Shown piece by piece: positions 52,362 to 62,064 of a DNA stretch of 64,000 bases (position 1 is the first letter of the stretch; every line of letters starts with the position of its first letter). Below the pieces are notes generated by a model. That model worked only from the letters and a program-made list of their open reading frames with translations. It searched no databases and was not told the origin of the DNA. The position numbers were made by a program, and so were the translations under genes. This DNA is from Dehalococcoidales bacterium (GTDB taxonomy: Bacteria; Chloroflexota; Dehalococcoidia; Dehalococcoidales; Fen-1064). The stretch is from contig JADHXC010000004.1 of assembly GCA_016783135.1 (NCBI GenBank), positions 2,798 through 66,797 on the forward strand, given 5' to 3'.

Positions 52362-53897
52362 TTGTGCGCCATACACAAAGCTGATACGATGGATTGTATA
52401 TACTGTCGGGCGATATCGTGCGTCGCCCGACAAGTCTGTTTTGTGGAAAGACCAGTGGAACCGGAAAACCCCGGACAACTACAGGAGACTACCGAGCGTC
52501 TCGGCACGGAGCGGCTGAGCAAGCTGCTGCTGCGCCTGAGCCTGCCCAGTATTGCCTCGATGATAACCATCTCGCTGTACCACTTAGCTGACACTATCTG
52601 GCTGGGCCAGCTCAGCTATCAGGCGATTGCCGCAGTGACGGTTACCTTCCCATTTTACATCCTGATTATCGCTGTTGGTGTCGGCACCGGCGTAGGGGCC
52701 AACGCTCTTGCTTCGCGGCGTTTCGGCGAGAGGGACATCGAGGCCACCAACTGCGTCGCCGGGCAGGTGTTTCCATTGACCGTGGCCCTTGGTATCTTAC
52801 TTGTGGTGGTAAGCTCGCTTCTTGCCCGGCCGATTGCGACCCTGCTGGGCGCCAGTGAGGACATTGTAGACATGGCGGCCGACTACATATTTTTCTTCGG
52901 GTTCGGTACTCCTTTCATGCTCTTCCGCCTGATGACGCGCAACGTTTTTCAGGCTGCGGGGGATGCCATCAAGCCGATGATGTTCACAATTTCCGGCGCC
53001 ATCGTCAACGTGGTACTGGACCCGTTCTTCATCTTCGGCTGGGGTCCGTTTCCGGAGATGGGTGTCGGTGGGGCGGCACTGGCGACATCGATTGCCGGGG
53101 GGGTCGGCGCCGCGCTTAGCTTCTACTACCTTATAGGCAACCGCTCCGTATATCGCCTCAAGCTGCACCATCTCAAGCCGGATTTTGCCATTATAGCGCA
53201 GATATATCGGGTGGGTTTGCCGTCAATGATGATGGAGCTTACCGAGACTATTACCTTCGCTTTCTTCAACCGGATTGTCGCCGGATTCGGCTCGGTGGCA
53301 CTGGCAGCACTGGGGATAGCGATACGGATATCGGACCTTGCTTTCATGCCCATTATCGGCGTGGCGCACGGGTTGCTGCCGATTGTCGGTTTCTGTTTCG
53401 GGGCCGGCCTCTGGAAACGGCTCTGGGCAGCGGTACGACTGGCTTCGCTGGGCCTGGCGGTACTGCTGGGCCTCGCCACGGTATTCCTGGAGATATTCAC
53501 CCCGCAGGCAATCGCTATCTTCAATAACGACCCGGAACTGATAGATGTCGCCGTACCGGGGATGCGCCTCTTTATCTCCACCCTTATCCTGATAGGCCCT
53601 TCGATTATGTTCATCACTACCTTCCAGGGACTGTCAAAGGGGAAAACGGCGCTGGTGATGTCGCTGGCACGTCAGCTTCTCTTCTTCATTCCGGCCTTGT
53701 TGCTGCTGCCGAGGTACATCGGTATTAACGGCGTCTGGTTGTCGATACCGATATCAGACGGACTCGGCAGCATTGTGTCTGCTGTGTGGTTGTATCGCGA
53801 GTACCGACATCAGCAGCGGAGCGGGGTGTGGGATGTTGCGCCGGTAATCGATATTGTCCCGGAATCGGTGCCGAGGGGTCGGGCCACCCTGGATTAG
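52362..53897 (+). CDS. MATE family efflux transporter
   Basis: 12 TM helices. The N-terminal LLRLSLPSIASMI and the repeated MATE halves are present. The true start is probably an internal ATG (52389) or GTG (near 52440-52455). Confidence 0.85.
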   Translation: MCAIHKADTMDCIYCRAISCVARQVCFVERPVEPENPGQLQETTERLGTERLSKLLLRLSLPSIASMITISLYHLADTIWLGQLSYQAIAAVTVTFPFYILIIAVGVGTGVGANALASRRFGERDIEATNCVAGQVFPLTVALGILLVVVSSLLARPIATLLGASEDIVDMAADYIFFFGFGTPFMLFRLMTRNVFQAAGDAIKPMMFTISGAIVNVVLDPFFIFGWGPFPEMGVGGAALATSIAGGVGAALSFYYLIGNRSVYRLKLHHLKPDFAIIAQIYRVGLPSMMMELTETITFAFFNRIVAGFGSVALAALGIAIRISDLAFMPIIGVAHGLLPIVGFCFGAGLWKRLWAAVRLASLGLAVLLGLATVFLEIFTPQAIAIFNNDPELIDVAVPGMRLFISTLILIGPSIMFITTFQGLSKGKTALVMSLARQLLFFIPALLLLPRYIGINGVWLSIPISDGLGSIVSAVWLYREYRHQQRSGVWDVAPVIDIVPESVPRGRATLD

Positions 53898-53958
53898 GGT
53901 CGGTGTCCTGCTGCCGGCTTTTGCCTTCTGTTGTGCGGGTCTCCTATAATGGTGACGT

Positions 53959-54504
53959 ATGAAGGTTGTTTCTGTCGTAGGTATGGCCGGAGCGGGTAAG
54001 TCAGAGGTAGCCCGCCTGTTTGCGCGAAAGGGATTCGTCAGGATAAGGTTCGGCGACGTTACCGATGGTGAAGTCAGGAAGCGGGGGCTGGTGCTGAACG
54101 AGGCCAACGAACGCACCGTCCGCGAGTTGCTCCGCAAGGAGTACGGTATGGCCGCCTACGCCAAACTGAACCTGCCCCGGATTGAAACCGCTCTGGAGAC
54201 ATCAAATGTGGTTATTGACGGCCTCTACTCCTGGGAGGAGTATATTTACCTCAAGGACCACTTTGGCAAAGATATATGCCTGGTGGCGGTCTGGGCGTCA
54301 CCGGCTACCCGGTACGCTCGACTGGGCAGGAGACGGGAGAGGCCGTTGACCCCTGAAGAGGCGACCGGCCGGGACCGCACCGAGATAGAGAACCTCAACA
54401 AGGGCGGTCCCATCGCAGTCGCGGACTTTCTGGTTGTGAACGAGTCCGGTTTGGACGACCTTACCCGGCAAGCAAAGCACATCATATCCGTTGTGGGGGT
54501 CTGA
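53959..54504 (+). CDS. UPF0200-type P-loop nucleotide kinase (dephospho-CoA-kinase-like)
   Basis: 181 aa. The P-loop is GMAGAGKS, followed by the VVIDGLYSWEE core and the RGR..ERPL..EEA..RD..E lid region. Confidence 0.7.
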   Translation: MKVVSVVGMAGAGKSEVARLFARKGFVRIRFGDVTDGEVRKRGLVLNEANERTVRELLRKEYGMAAYAKLNLPRIETALETSNVVIDGLYSWEEYIYLKDHFGKDICLVAVWASPATRYARLGRRRERPLTPEEATGRDRTEIENLNKGGPIAVADFLVVNESGLDDLTRQAKHIISVVGV

Positions 54505-54979
54505 GTTGGAGCGACTGAGCATAGACGATTATTTCCTGAAGATAGCCTCGGTGGTGGCGGAGCGTTCCACCTGCCTCCGGCACCACATGGGGGCCATCGC
54601 CGTCCGGGACAAGCATATCCTGACCACCGGCTACAATGGTGCCGCCGCCGGCCTCAAGGACTGCCTGGAGCTGGGATGCCTGCGGGACGAACAGGGCATT
54701 CCTTCCGGGGAGAGGCACGAAATTTGCCGTGCCATCCACGCCGAGCAGAACGTCATTATCCAGGCGGCCCTTCACGGTGTCAGCATGGAGGGGTGCACGA
54801 TTTACTGCACCCACACGCCCTGTGTGCTCTGCGCCAAGATGCTGGTTAACGCCCGGATAAAGCGGTTCGTCAGCTTCGGGGAGTACAGCGATGACGTCTT
54901 CCGGGAGCTGTTCCGCGAAGCCGGGGTAGAGGTGGAGATAAGGGGAAGGCCGTCCGACCGTATCGGGTTCCTGGACTGA
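54491..54979 (+). CDS. dCMP deaminase (ComEB/cytidine-deoxycytidylate deaminase family)
   Basis: The zinc motifs HAEQNVI and PCVLCAKM are present. The start is either TTG 54491 or TTG 54506. Confidence 0.9.
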   Translation: MWGSELERLSIDDYFLKIASVVAERSTCLRHHMGAIAVRDKHILTTGYNGAAAGLKDCLELGCLRDEQGIPSGERHEICRAIHAEQNVIIQAALHGVSMEGCTIYCTHTPCVLCAKMLVNARIKRFVSFGEYSDDVFRELFREAGVEVEIRGRPSDRIGFLD

Positions 54980-54996
54980 CTGCAGGAGACGAGGGT

Positions 54997-55449
54997 ATGC
55001 CGGGCAACATACACATAATTGAGGCGATAGAGTCAGACCTGCCCGCGATCGTTGCCCTACTGTCTGAACTCGTCGATACCGTGGACAGCAGGGAAGGCCT
55101 GGACACGGCGGTCGCCACGGAGAACGTTTCTACCCTCCTGCACAGTCCCGCCTGCTATCTGCTGGTGGCGAAGGACGGGAGCGATGTCGTCGGTTGCATC
55201 AGCTTCGCGGTACGCCGTACGGCCCTGCACGACGGCCTGAGCGGCCTGATTGATAAGATGGTCGTCCGCCGGAGTTCCCGCGGGTCGGGCGTCGGCCTCC
55301 AGCTGGTCCAGGCTGTCGCCGAGACGTGCCGTCACCTTGGCTGTATCGAGCTTGAGGTCAGCACCGAGAAGACCAATCGCGCCGCGCGACGATTCTACCG
55401 CCAATGCGGGTTCAAAGAGGACGCTGTCCAGCTCGAAATGCAACTGTAA
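54997..55449 (+). CDS. GNAT family N-acetyltransferase
   Basis: 150 aa. The motif is VVRRSSRGSGVGLQLV. Confidence 0.85.
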   Translation: MPGNIHIIEAIESDLPAIVALLSELVDTVDSREGLDTAVATENVSTLLHSPACYLLVAKDGSDVVGCISFAVRRTALHDGLSGLIDKMVVRRSSRGSGVGLQLVQAVAETCRHLGCIELEVSTEKTNRAARRFYRQCGFKEDAVQLEMQL

Positions 55450-55460
55450 GGCCTAGTCCC

Positions 55461-55976
55461 CTACCGCAGGTTCTCTCCCTGGTAGGTACCGGAGTATCCT
55501 TCCGTCTCTCCGGTCAGCCACATGAAGACAAGCTGGGCGACTGCTGCGTTTCTCTGGAGGCGGAAGCCGCGCGGGTTGTGCACCACCATCAGCGAGCGGG
55601 AGCGGCCGGAGTAACCGGCGTCCCAGACGGCGCCGTGCACCGTGACCCCACTCCTGAGAAGACTGGAGCGCGGCCGGGACAATGCCATGACGTTGTTGGG
55701 CAGGTTTACCACTTCATTGTAAGTGATGATATAGGCACCGGGCATCAGCTCCAGAAAATCCAGCCCATCGAATACCAGCGGCGCCAGGTCGGACACAAGT
55801 CTCTGGTTGTTGCTGACGGTAATCCGGCCCTGTGTCTGGGGCAGGGCGACCTCCCATACCGTGAAGTCGAAGCCGTTGGGTTGCAACTGGGACTCCAGGT
55901 CCCGGTAACTCTCGACCAGCGGCGGGTCTGCCTCCAGCAGCTTGCGAATATCTTCTCTCGACAGGACGGCGGTCAT
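55461..55976 (-). CDS. dCTP deaminase/dUTPase-family protein (archaeal-type dUTP diphosphatase-like)
   Basis: 171 aa from MTAVLSREDI. ..RSSLLRSG... and AVWDAGYSGRS..L.V.N are typical of the Dcd/Dut trimeric family. Confidence 0.8.
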   Translation of the reverse strand: MTAVLSREDIRKLLEADPPLVESYRDLESQLQPNGFDFTVWEVALPQTQGRITVSNNQRLVSDLAPLVFDGLDFLELMPGAYIITYNEVVNLPNNVMALSRPRSSLLRSGVTVHGAVWDAGYSGRSRSLMVVHNPRGFRLQRNAAVAQLVFMWLTGETEGYSGTYQGENLR

Positions 55977-56054
55977 GATAATCAAGTATAGTACTGTCGA
56001 CAGTGATGGTGTCAAGGAGTAGCCGGTAGCGCGTATGCTATAATCGGGGGGCCT

Positions 56055-56708
56055 GTGGAGAGAAAATTAGCTAAGGATACATTCGACCGAATAGCCCCCG
56101 GCTGGTACAACTTCCGGCACTGGTCGATATTCCGCAACGAGCTGGAGACCCTGGCGCAGAGGTGGCGGAGAGGTCGGTTGCTGAACCTCGGTTGTGCTCA
56201 CGGCCCCGATTTCCTGCCGTTTACCGAAGGTTTCGACCTGCACGGCGTGGACTTCTCCGGGGAGATGCTGCGGCAGGGGCAGAAGTACGCACGTAAGTTC
56301 AGCTTCAACCCCGGCCTGGTGATGGCGGATGTTACCCGCCTGCCCTTCGCTGCGGAGACCTTTGACCGGGCGCTCTCGGTGGCTGCCTACCACCACCTGA
56401 AACGGGATGGGGCAGCGATAGCCCTTGGTGAACTCCACCGAGTCCTCAAGCCGGGCGGTGAGGCATTTATCACTGTCTGGAACCGGTGGCAGTCCAGATT
56501 CTGGCTGAAGGGGAGGGAGACGGCTGTCCCATGGCGGACCGGCGACGAGGTCCTGTACCGCTACTACTACCTGTTCACCTATCCGGAGCTGGAGGGGCTG
56601 GTGAAGAAGGCCGGTTTTCGGATACTGAAGTCCTTCCCGGAAAGCTCCTACCGTTTTCCGCTGAAGTTCTTCTCCCGGAACATCTGCCTGCTGGTGAGGA
56701 AAGAGTGA
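56055..56708 (+). CDS. Class I SAM-dependent methyltransferase
   Basis: 217 aa with GTG start. Motif I is LLNLGCAHGPD, followed by the post-I GVDFSGEML. Confidence 0.82.
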   Translation: MERKLAKDTFDRIAPGWYNFRHWSIFRNELETLAQRWRRGRLLNLGCAHGPDFLPFTEGFDLHGVDFSGEMLRQGQKYARKFSFNPGLVMADVTRLPFAAETFDRALSVAAYHHLKRDGAAIALGELHRVLKPGGEAFITVWNRWQSRFWLKGRETAVPWRTGDEVLYRYYYLFTYPELEGLVKKAGFRILKSFPESSYRFPLKFFSRNICLLVRKE

Positions 56709-56835
56709 CGCCTCCGCCTCCTGCCTGTTCCCGCGCTGTCCCCTCAATGAATGTTGACAAATCACGCCATCAGTAATAGCATTTCTTATAAGAGGCACAA
56801 GAACTACAGTATCATGCCGGGGAGGTGGTGTGGCT

Positions 56836-57051
56836 ATGATGATGAAAATTACCTGTCCGGAATGCGGTATAGAAGGCAGCTTCTCCCTGTCCAACGCGAG
56901 CTACGAGGGACCGTACCGGTGTTGGAAATGCCGCGCGCTTTTCACCGTCAAGATTGCGGGTAGCACACTGGAGTCCTGTGAGCCCCTGAGCCAGGAGGAG
57001 TTCGACCGGCAGCAGGAAGTCCAGTCCATGCAAGACAGGTTCAAGCGGTAG
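56836..57051 (+). CDS. Small zinc-ribbon protein
   Basis: CPECG ... CWKC (two CxxC pairs). The ATG lies 8 nt after GGAGGTG. Confidence 0.55.
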   Translation: MMMKITCPECGIEGSFSLSNASYEGPYRCWKCRALFTVKIAGSTLESCEPLSQEEFDRQQEVQSMQDRFKR

Positions 57052-57213
57052 GGGCATCCTGCCCCTTGGCACCCTACCTGCAGCGTAGTGGAGTTTTCTT
57101 CTTATGGGGGAAACAGTATCGGCTGTACTGGATAATGCACAACACCGTGTTGACAAAGTCCCGCCACCCGAGCTACGATGTGCCTGCTTGTAGAATCCGC
57201 CCGGGAGGCTATT

Positions 57214-57408
57214 ATGCCGGTTGTTATCGTTGAGATGTGGGAAGGTCGCAGTATCGACCAGAAGAAGAAACTGGTCGAGGGGATAACCGAGTCCTTCGTC
57301 CAGATAGGTGTACCGCGGGAAGCGGTGCAGGTCATTGTCAAAGACAATCCCAAGCACAATTGGTCGATTGCGGGTAAGCTGGCCTCAGAGCCAGCACCGG
57401 AAACATAG
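57214..57408 (+). CDS. 4-oxalocrotonate tautomerase family protein
   Basis: 64 aa. It has the N-terminal MPVV (catalytic Pro1) and ..GRS..QKK.L....T. The RBS is GGGAGG. Confidence 0.85.
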   Translation: MPVVIVEMWEGRSIDQKKKLVEGITESFVQIGVPREAVQVIVKDNPKHNWSIAGKLASEPAPET

Positions 57409-57522
57409 TATCAGGTGTGCCCGGACAAATTTGCCCGGGGTTGTATTTGTAGACAGACGACAGGTAATGTGGTTTAATCTACGTGTGGTCAAGACCACCT
57501 GACGTACTGAGATAAGGAGGCG

Positions 57523-57996
57523 GTGATGGACTTCGGGGCTCTGGGTGTCGTTCTTTCGATAATTGTAATAGTGGTGCTGTTTTCCTTTTTCCGGGGACGT
57601 GGCGGCGTCGCGCATCGTCCGGAAGTCGTTCAATTCCTGCTCTATGACGTGAAGCTGAACCAGGTACTGGTGGATACTTTCCATCAGCGAGAGAAGCCCA
57701 GGAGACTGGAGAAGACGAACTGGGAAATCAACAAGTCAAAGATTAGTTTTCTCGGTGAGTCATTGAAAGATACCTTGAAGCAGACCTTCGATATGGTCGA
57801 AGAAGTCAACCAGGACTTAAAGATGACCAGGAAGAACAAGTCGCTCAGCTACCAGGATATCAATGTTTCCAGGTTGAAGGAACCGTTGTCCAGGTGCCGT
57901 GAGGGACTTGAGGAGTGGCTGATGGACACCATTGGCACGACCGAGGTCTCCCCGAGGTATCCATCCATCAGCGGTTTTCTGTTTGGCGAACGCTGA
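57523..57996 (+). CDS. Hypothetical membrane-anchored protein
   Basis: 157 aa. The strong RBS is TAAGGAGG. There is a single N-terminal TM helix and no recognised domain. Confidence 0.55.
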   Translation: MMDFGALGVVLSIIVIVVLFSFFRGRGGVAHRPEVVQFLLYDVKLNQVLVDTFHQREKPRRLEKTNWEINKSKISFLGESLKDTLKQTFDMVEEVNQDLKMTRKNKSLSYQDINVSRLKEPLSRCREGLEEWLMDTIGTTEVSPRYPSISGFLFGER

Positions 57997-58060
57997 TATC
58001 CTGTTGTAACGTCGTTCGGGACACGCCACTTATGTCATGTCAAACTTCCCGGACCAGGGA

Positions 58061-58714
58061 TTAGTGTGTCAATTGATGGCGGTCCACCCCCCATTTCGCC
58101 TGGTAGGTCTTCTTCAACTCCCGGACATGTGCCCGGAATGCCGCCGAATGGATACTATCGGTGGTCATCACGAAGGCGTCTTCCCGGTTATCGGTATAGT
58201 AGCCTCGCCGCAGACCCACCTGGTTGAAGCCGTACCTGGTATAGAGGCCCTGAGCAACGATATTGGAAACGCGGACTTCCAGCGTAATAATACGGGCCTT
58301 CCTTCCGGCAGCCAGGTCGATAACGGACTGTAGCATCAGTTCCCCGATGCCCTGTCCCCGGTATGTTTCCCGGGTTGCGATACTGGTTATGTGGGCCTCG
58401 TCGACCAAGACCCAGAAACCGGCAAAGCCGGTAATGACCTCGTCGTCCTGCGCTGAAGGCTCTTTGTTCGGCAGCCTGTTGTTACCGAAGAGCTTCCGCA
58501 CCCGGGATATCAGAACGGCAAAGCCTTTCTCCGGTGGGTCTGACTTCCGGATTGCCTCAACCAGCTCCGGAGTGTTTCCGGCCTCGGCCCGGCAGGCCAC
58601 TATGTAGCAGGCCAGACGGTTGTCGAGTTCCCGCTCGAAATTGGGTGGCGGCCATTCCGTGGGGAAGGCCTCACGGTCAATTTCCAGCACCCGGTCGATA
58701 TCTTCATGGCGCAT
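58061..58714 (-). CDS. rimI: Ribosomal-protein-alanine N-acetyltransferase (RimI-like GNAT) with internal insert
   Basis: MRHEDIDRVLEIDREAFP..W and ..IATRETYRGQGIGELML.. are present. An insert of about 50 aa follows the first beta strands. The start is uncertain, and the ORF extends to 58846. Confidence 0.75.
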   Translation of the reverse strand: MRHEDIDRVLEIDREAFPTEWPPPNFERELDNRLACYIVACRAEAGNTPELVEAIRKSDPPEKGFAVLISRVRKLFGNNRLPNKEPSAQDDEVITGFAGFWVLVDEAHITSIATRETYRGQGIGELMLQSVIDLAAGRKARIITLEVRVSNIVAQGLYTRYGFNQVGLRRGYYTDNREDAFVMTTDSIHSAAFRAHVRELKKTYQAKWGVDRHQLTH

Positions 58715-59009
58715 CCGGCGAACGTAATCAGGCACAGGCTTATTCTCCGGCAGAGACTCATATTTATGGATAATTGTAGCACATTTACCCCGTACCGGTA
58801 CGGCCAGGCAGCGTGGTGAAGGAGCGGCACTGATGCCCCGTGCCATTGTCCTACAAGCATCCGTGGAATGGGCATGATATCTATTCCATCGCCTATCCTT
58901 TTTTCGCTTATTGCGTTATATATAGTGTGCCCGATGACCGCCGGATTGGCGCTACGTCTGCGCAGGATGTAGAATGAGCGTGAGCATCTGCATGAACGGG
59001 GGTTATCTG

Positions 59010-59561
59010 GTGCAGGATGAACAGGACCTTGTCCACCGCGCACAGAACGGAGACAGGGAGGCTTTTACCGAGTTATACGAGACCTATTTCAGCAAGCTCT
59101 ATCGCTATGTGGTTGTCCGTATAGGGAACAGGGCGGAGGCTGAGGACATGACCCAGCAGGTCTTCGTGAAGGCTTATAAGTCCATCTCCTCTTACAGGTG
59201 GAGGGGGGTGCCTTTCTCTGCCTGGCTGTTTCGTATCGCCCATAACCTTATCGTCGACTTCTTCAGGAAAGAGAGCAAGAGACCGACAGTCCCGCTCGAG
59301 GAATCGCTGGTGGCCAGTAATGACAACGTGCAGCAGGTTGTTGAGCGGCGGCTGGATATCGAGCGCGTAATGGCAGCAACCCGGCAGTTGACCGCGGCGC
59401 AGCGTGAGGTTATCAGCCTGCGCTTTGCCGGCGGGCTGGCTATCGCTGAGGTCGCCAGGACTATGGGCAAGAGTGAGGGAGCGGTTAAGGCGTTACAGCA
59501 CAGTGCGATAGCAGCCCTGCGCAGAGTGCTTCTCGTGGGAGAGAACGGTGTCAAAGAATAA
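59010..59561 (+). CDS. ECF (sigma-70 family) RNA polymerase sigma factor
   Basis: Region 2 reads LV.RAQNGDREAF.ELYE.Y...Y and ..FSAWLFRIAHN. The region 4 HTH is LS..QREVI.LRF..GL...E.A. The GTG start is preferred over the ORF-track start at 58974. Confidence 0.85.
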   Translation: MQDEQDLVHRAQNGDREAFTELYETYFSKLYRYVVVRIGNRAEAEDMTQQVFVKAYKSISSYRWRGVPFSAWLFRIAHNLIVDFFRKESKRPTVPLEESLVASNDNVQQVVERRLDIERVMAATRQLTAAQREVISLRFAGGLAIAEVARTMGKSEGAVKALQHSAIAALRRVLLVGENGVKE

Positions 59562-60639
59562 GGAGTTCAACAATATCCTCGACGAGTGCCTGGAGCGATT
59601 GCTCACCAGCGGAGAAACCGTGGAGCAGTGCCTGGAAAGGCATCCTGAGTATGCCGCCGAACTTGAACCGCTATTGCGGACGGCTATGGTTACCCGTGAG
59701 ACGTCAACCCTTGAGCCGAGCGTGGAGTTCAGGGCCAGAGCGCGGTACCAGTTGCACTCGGAGATGAGTAAAGTGGTGGTCAGGAGGTGGCGGCCTATCC
59801 TGACCTGGCAGCCCCGCTGGGTGATGGTAGCCGTCGTTGTCATGGTGGTGATGCTTGCCGGAGGTGGCACCGTCGTAGCGGCTGATTCCAGTATGCCGGG
59901 TACTCCACTCTACGGGGTGAAGCTGGCTACGGAGAACGTCAGGTTAACACTGAGTTCTTCCGATGTTGCCAGGGCGGAGCTGTATGCTACTCTGGCCGAC
60001 CGCAGGATTGCCGAGATAGCCTACGCCATCGAGAAGGGCAAACTCCAACAGGTAGAGAAGGTTACCAAACGTCTCAACAATCATCTGGCGATGATGTCCC
60101 ACCTGTCCCTGGCTGTCGAGAAGATAGAGGCTGTTGCCACGGAAAAAGCCCCGGCTCCGGCACAGGACAAAACGGTGAAGGAGAGGCCCATAAGCGAAAC
60201 AGCGCCGCAAAAATCGGCAGCGACGACAGCACGTCCTACGGTTGCTGCCGAAGACAGTCGGGGTCCATCGGCGCGGGCGATGTCTGAGAATGCTGCCAGA
60301 ATCAAGGAGCGGACCAAACTCAGGATATTGCTGGGGCAGTATGCAATCGACCATCCGGAACAGCTCCGCGCCCTGCTAGAGCAGGCTCCGGAATCGGCAA
60401 GGCCCGCGATACTACAAGCGATAGCGATATCAGTGACCAGCTATGAGAAAGTCCTGGAGGAACTGAATAACCAGTCCGATGATTCTCCGGCAGATGGTGA
60501 CTCCGGTCAGGACCAATCCGGTAACCCTCCGGCAGATGGTGACTCCGGTCAGGACCAGTCCGGTGACCCTCCAGCGAGTAATCGTATTCGCCGGGACCAA
60601 TCCACCAAACCTGCGGCAAATAGCGGTGCTCTCTACTGA
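59548..60639 (+). CDS. Anti-sigma-factor-like membrane protein (DUF5667-like) with repetitive acidic tail
   Basis: It overlaps the sigma gene stop. The N-terminal LDECLERLL..GETVEQCL...PEYA is a zinc-finger-less anti-sigma pattern. There is a single TM helix (VMVAVVVMVVML) and an extracytoplasmic helical domain. Confidence 0.65.
   Translation: MSKNKEFNNILDECLERLLTSGETVEQCLERHPEYAAELEPLLRTAMVTRETSTLEPSVEFRARARYQLHSEMSKVVVRRWRPILTWQPRWVMVAVVVMVVMLAGGGTVVAADSSMPGTPLYGVKLATENVRLTLSSSDVARAELYATLADRRIAEIAYAIEKGKLQQVEKVTKRLNNHLAMMSHLSLAVEKIEAVATEKAPAPAQDKTVKERPISETAPQKSAATTARPTVAAEDSRGPSARAMSENAARIKERTKLRILLGQYAIDHPEQLRALLEQAPESARPAILQAIAISVTSYEKVLEELNNQSDDSPADGDSGQDQSGNPPADGDSGQDQSGDPPASNRIRRDQSTKPAANSGALY
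60485..60572 (+). repeat. 42-bp tandem repeat, ~2.1 copies (encodes PADGDSGQDQSG[N/D]P)
   Basis: The units at 60485-60526 and 60527-60568 differ at 2 positions. Confidence 0.9.
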
Positions 60640-60659
60640 CGTGTCATCGCTCTTTGACG

Positions 60660-60691
60660 CCAGAGGGACTTCGGCCCTCTGGTTTCCCCTT
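60660..60691 (+). terminator. Probable rho-independent terminator after the anti-sigma gene
   Basis: ccagaggg-acttcgg-ccctctgg (8-bp stem) is followed by tttcccctt. Confidence 0.5.
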
Positions 60692-60810
60692 GTTCAGCAC
60701 CTTGCTGATGTTCTGGACGAGTACAGGAGTTTGCGTCCCGTCTGCGCCTGCCGCTACAATAGTGGTATAATTGGTCTTACGCCTCCTGCGAGCATTGAGC
60801 GGGTATTGCT

Positions 60811-62064
60811 GTGGGCAAAACGCTAGCCGAGAAGATACTTAGCGAGAAATCGGGTACCGAAGCCCGGGCGGGTGACATTGTCGTCGCTCAGGTGGACCTG
60901 GGCTTCATCCAGGACACAACCGGTCCCCTGACAGTCCGGCAGTTCCGGGAAGCGGGGTTCCGGGAGGTGTCCGGTTCCCTTCGCACGGCGGTGTTCCTTG
61001 ACCACGCCGCTCCCAGCCCGAACCGTGAGCTTGCCAACGACCACCTCTTCCTGCGCGAGTTCGTCCGTGATGCCGACTGTTTCTTCTCCGATGTCGGCGG
61101 GGGCATATCCCACCAGCTTGTGGCTGAGTCCCTGGCCAGGCCGGGCGACCTGATTGTCGGCAGCGACTCACACACGGTCACCGCCGGTGGTCTGGGGGCT
61201 TTCGCCTGTGGGATGGGCTCCACGGATGTCGCCGTTATCTTTCACCTGGGAAAGACCTGGTTCCGTGTACCGGAGAGTATCGGGGTATCGGTCAGTGGTC
61301 AATTCCCCGAGGGTGTCTCCGGCAAGGACCTCATCCTTCACCTCATCGGCCTCATCGGGGCGGATGGTGCCACCTACCAGTCCCTGGAGTTCGGTGGCGA
61401 TACCGTGAGCAGGATGAGCGTGTCACAGCGTTTGACAGTGGCCAATATGGCTATCGAGGCAGGTGCCAAGGTGGGACTTTTCCCCGCTGACGATATCACG
61501 CAGGAATACCTGGTGACGCAGGGCCGGGCCGGGGACTACCACCCACTGTTCCCGGATGAAGACGCAGACTACGTGCGGATGGTAGAGATTGATGCCGCCC
61601 GGCTGGAGCCGATGGTTGCCAGACCGCATACGGTGGATAATGTGGTCCCGGCACGCGAACTGAAAGGAACGAGGATTCAGCAGGTATACATCGGCACCTG
61701 CACCAATGGCCGCCTCGAAGACCTCGAGGTGGCCGCCCGGATTCTGAAAGGGAAGAGGCGGCACCCTGAGACCCGTCTGATGGTCCTCCCGGCCTCACAG
61801 ACGGTACTGCAGGCGGCTATCGCCGCGGGCTACATTGTAACCCTGCTCCAGGCCGGCGCGGTTATCCTCCCTCCGGGGTGCGGCGCCTGTCTCGGCCTGC
61901 ACCAGGGGGTGCTTGGCGACGGCGAGAACTGCCTGACGACGGCAAACAGGAACTTCAAAGGCCGCATGGGCAACTCGGAGGCCTTTGTTTACCTGGGCAG
62001 TCCGGCAACGGCGGCCGCCAGTGCCATCACCGGGGAGATAACCGACCCCAGGGAGCTCTGGTAG
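60811..62064 (+). CDS. leuC: Aconitase-superfamily dehydratase large subunit (3-isopropylmalate dehydratase / homoaconitase LeuC-HacA type)
   Basis: 417 aa. GSDSHT, IGTCTNGR and PGCGAC.G cluster ligands are present. Substrate specificity cannot be resolved from sequence alone. Confidence 0.88.
   Translation: MGKTLAEKILSEKSGTEARAGDIVVAQVDLGFIQDTTGPLTVRQFREAGFREVSGSLRTAVFLDHAAPSPNRELANDHLFLREFVRDADCFFSDVGGGISHQLVAESLARPGDLIVGSDSHTVTAGGLGAFACGMGSTDVAVIFHLGKTWFRVPESIGVSVSGQFPEGVSGKDLILHLIGLIGADGATYQSLEFGGDTVSRMSVSQRLTVANMAIEAGAKVGLFPADDITQEYLVTQGRAGDYHPLFPDEDADYVRMVEIDAARLEPMVARPHTVDNVVPARELKGTRIQQVYIGTCTNGRLEDLEVAARILKGKRRHPETRLMVLPASQTVLQAAIAAGYIVTLLQAGAVILPPGCGACLGLHQGVLGDGENCLTTANRNFKGRMGNSEAFVYLGSPATAAASAITGEITDPRELW

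Noticed and set aside
57052-57213. Hairpin ggggca-tcc-tgcccc and TTGACA/TACGAT promoter-like elements between the zinc-ribbon and tautomerase genes
   Set aside because: The hairpin lacks a U-tract and the -10 match is only 4/6. It is plausible but too weak to list as a feature.
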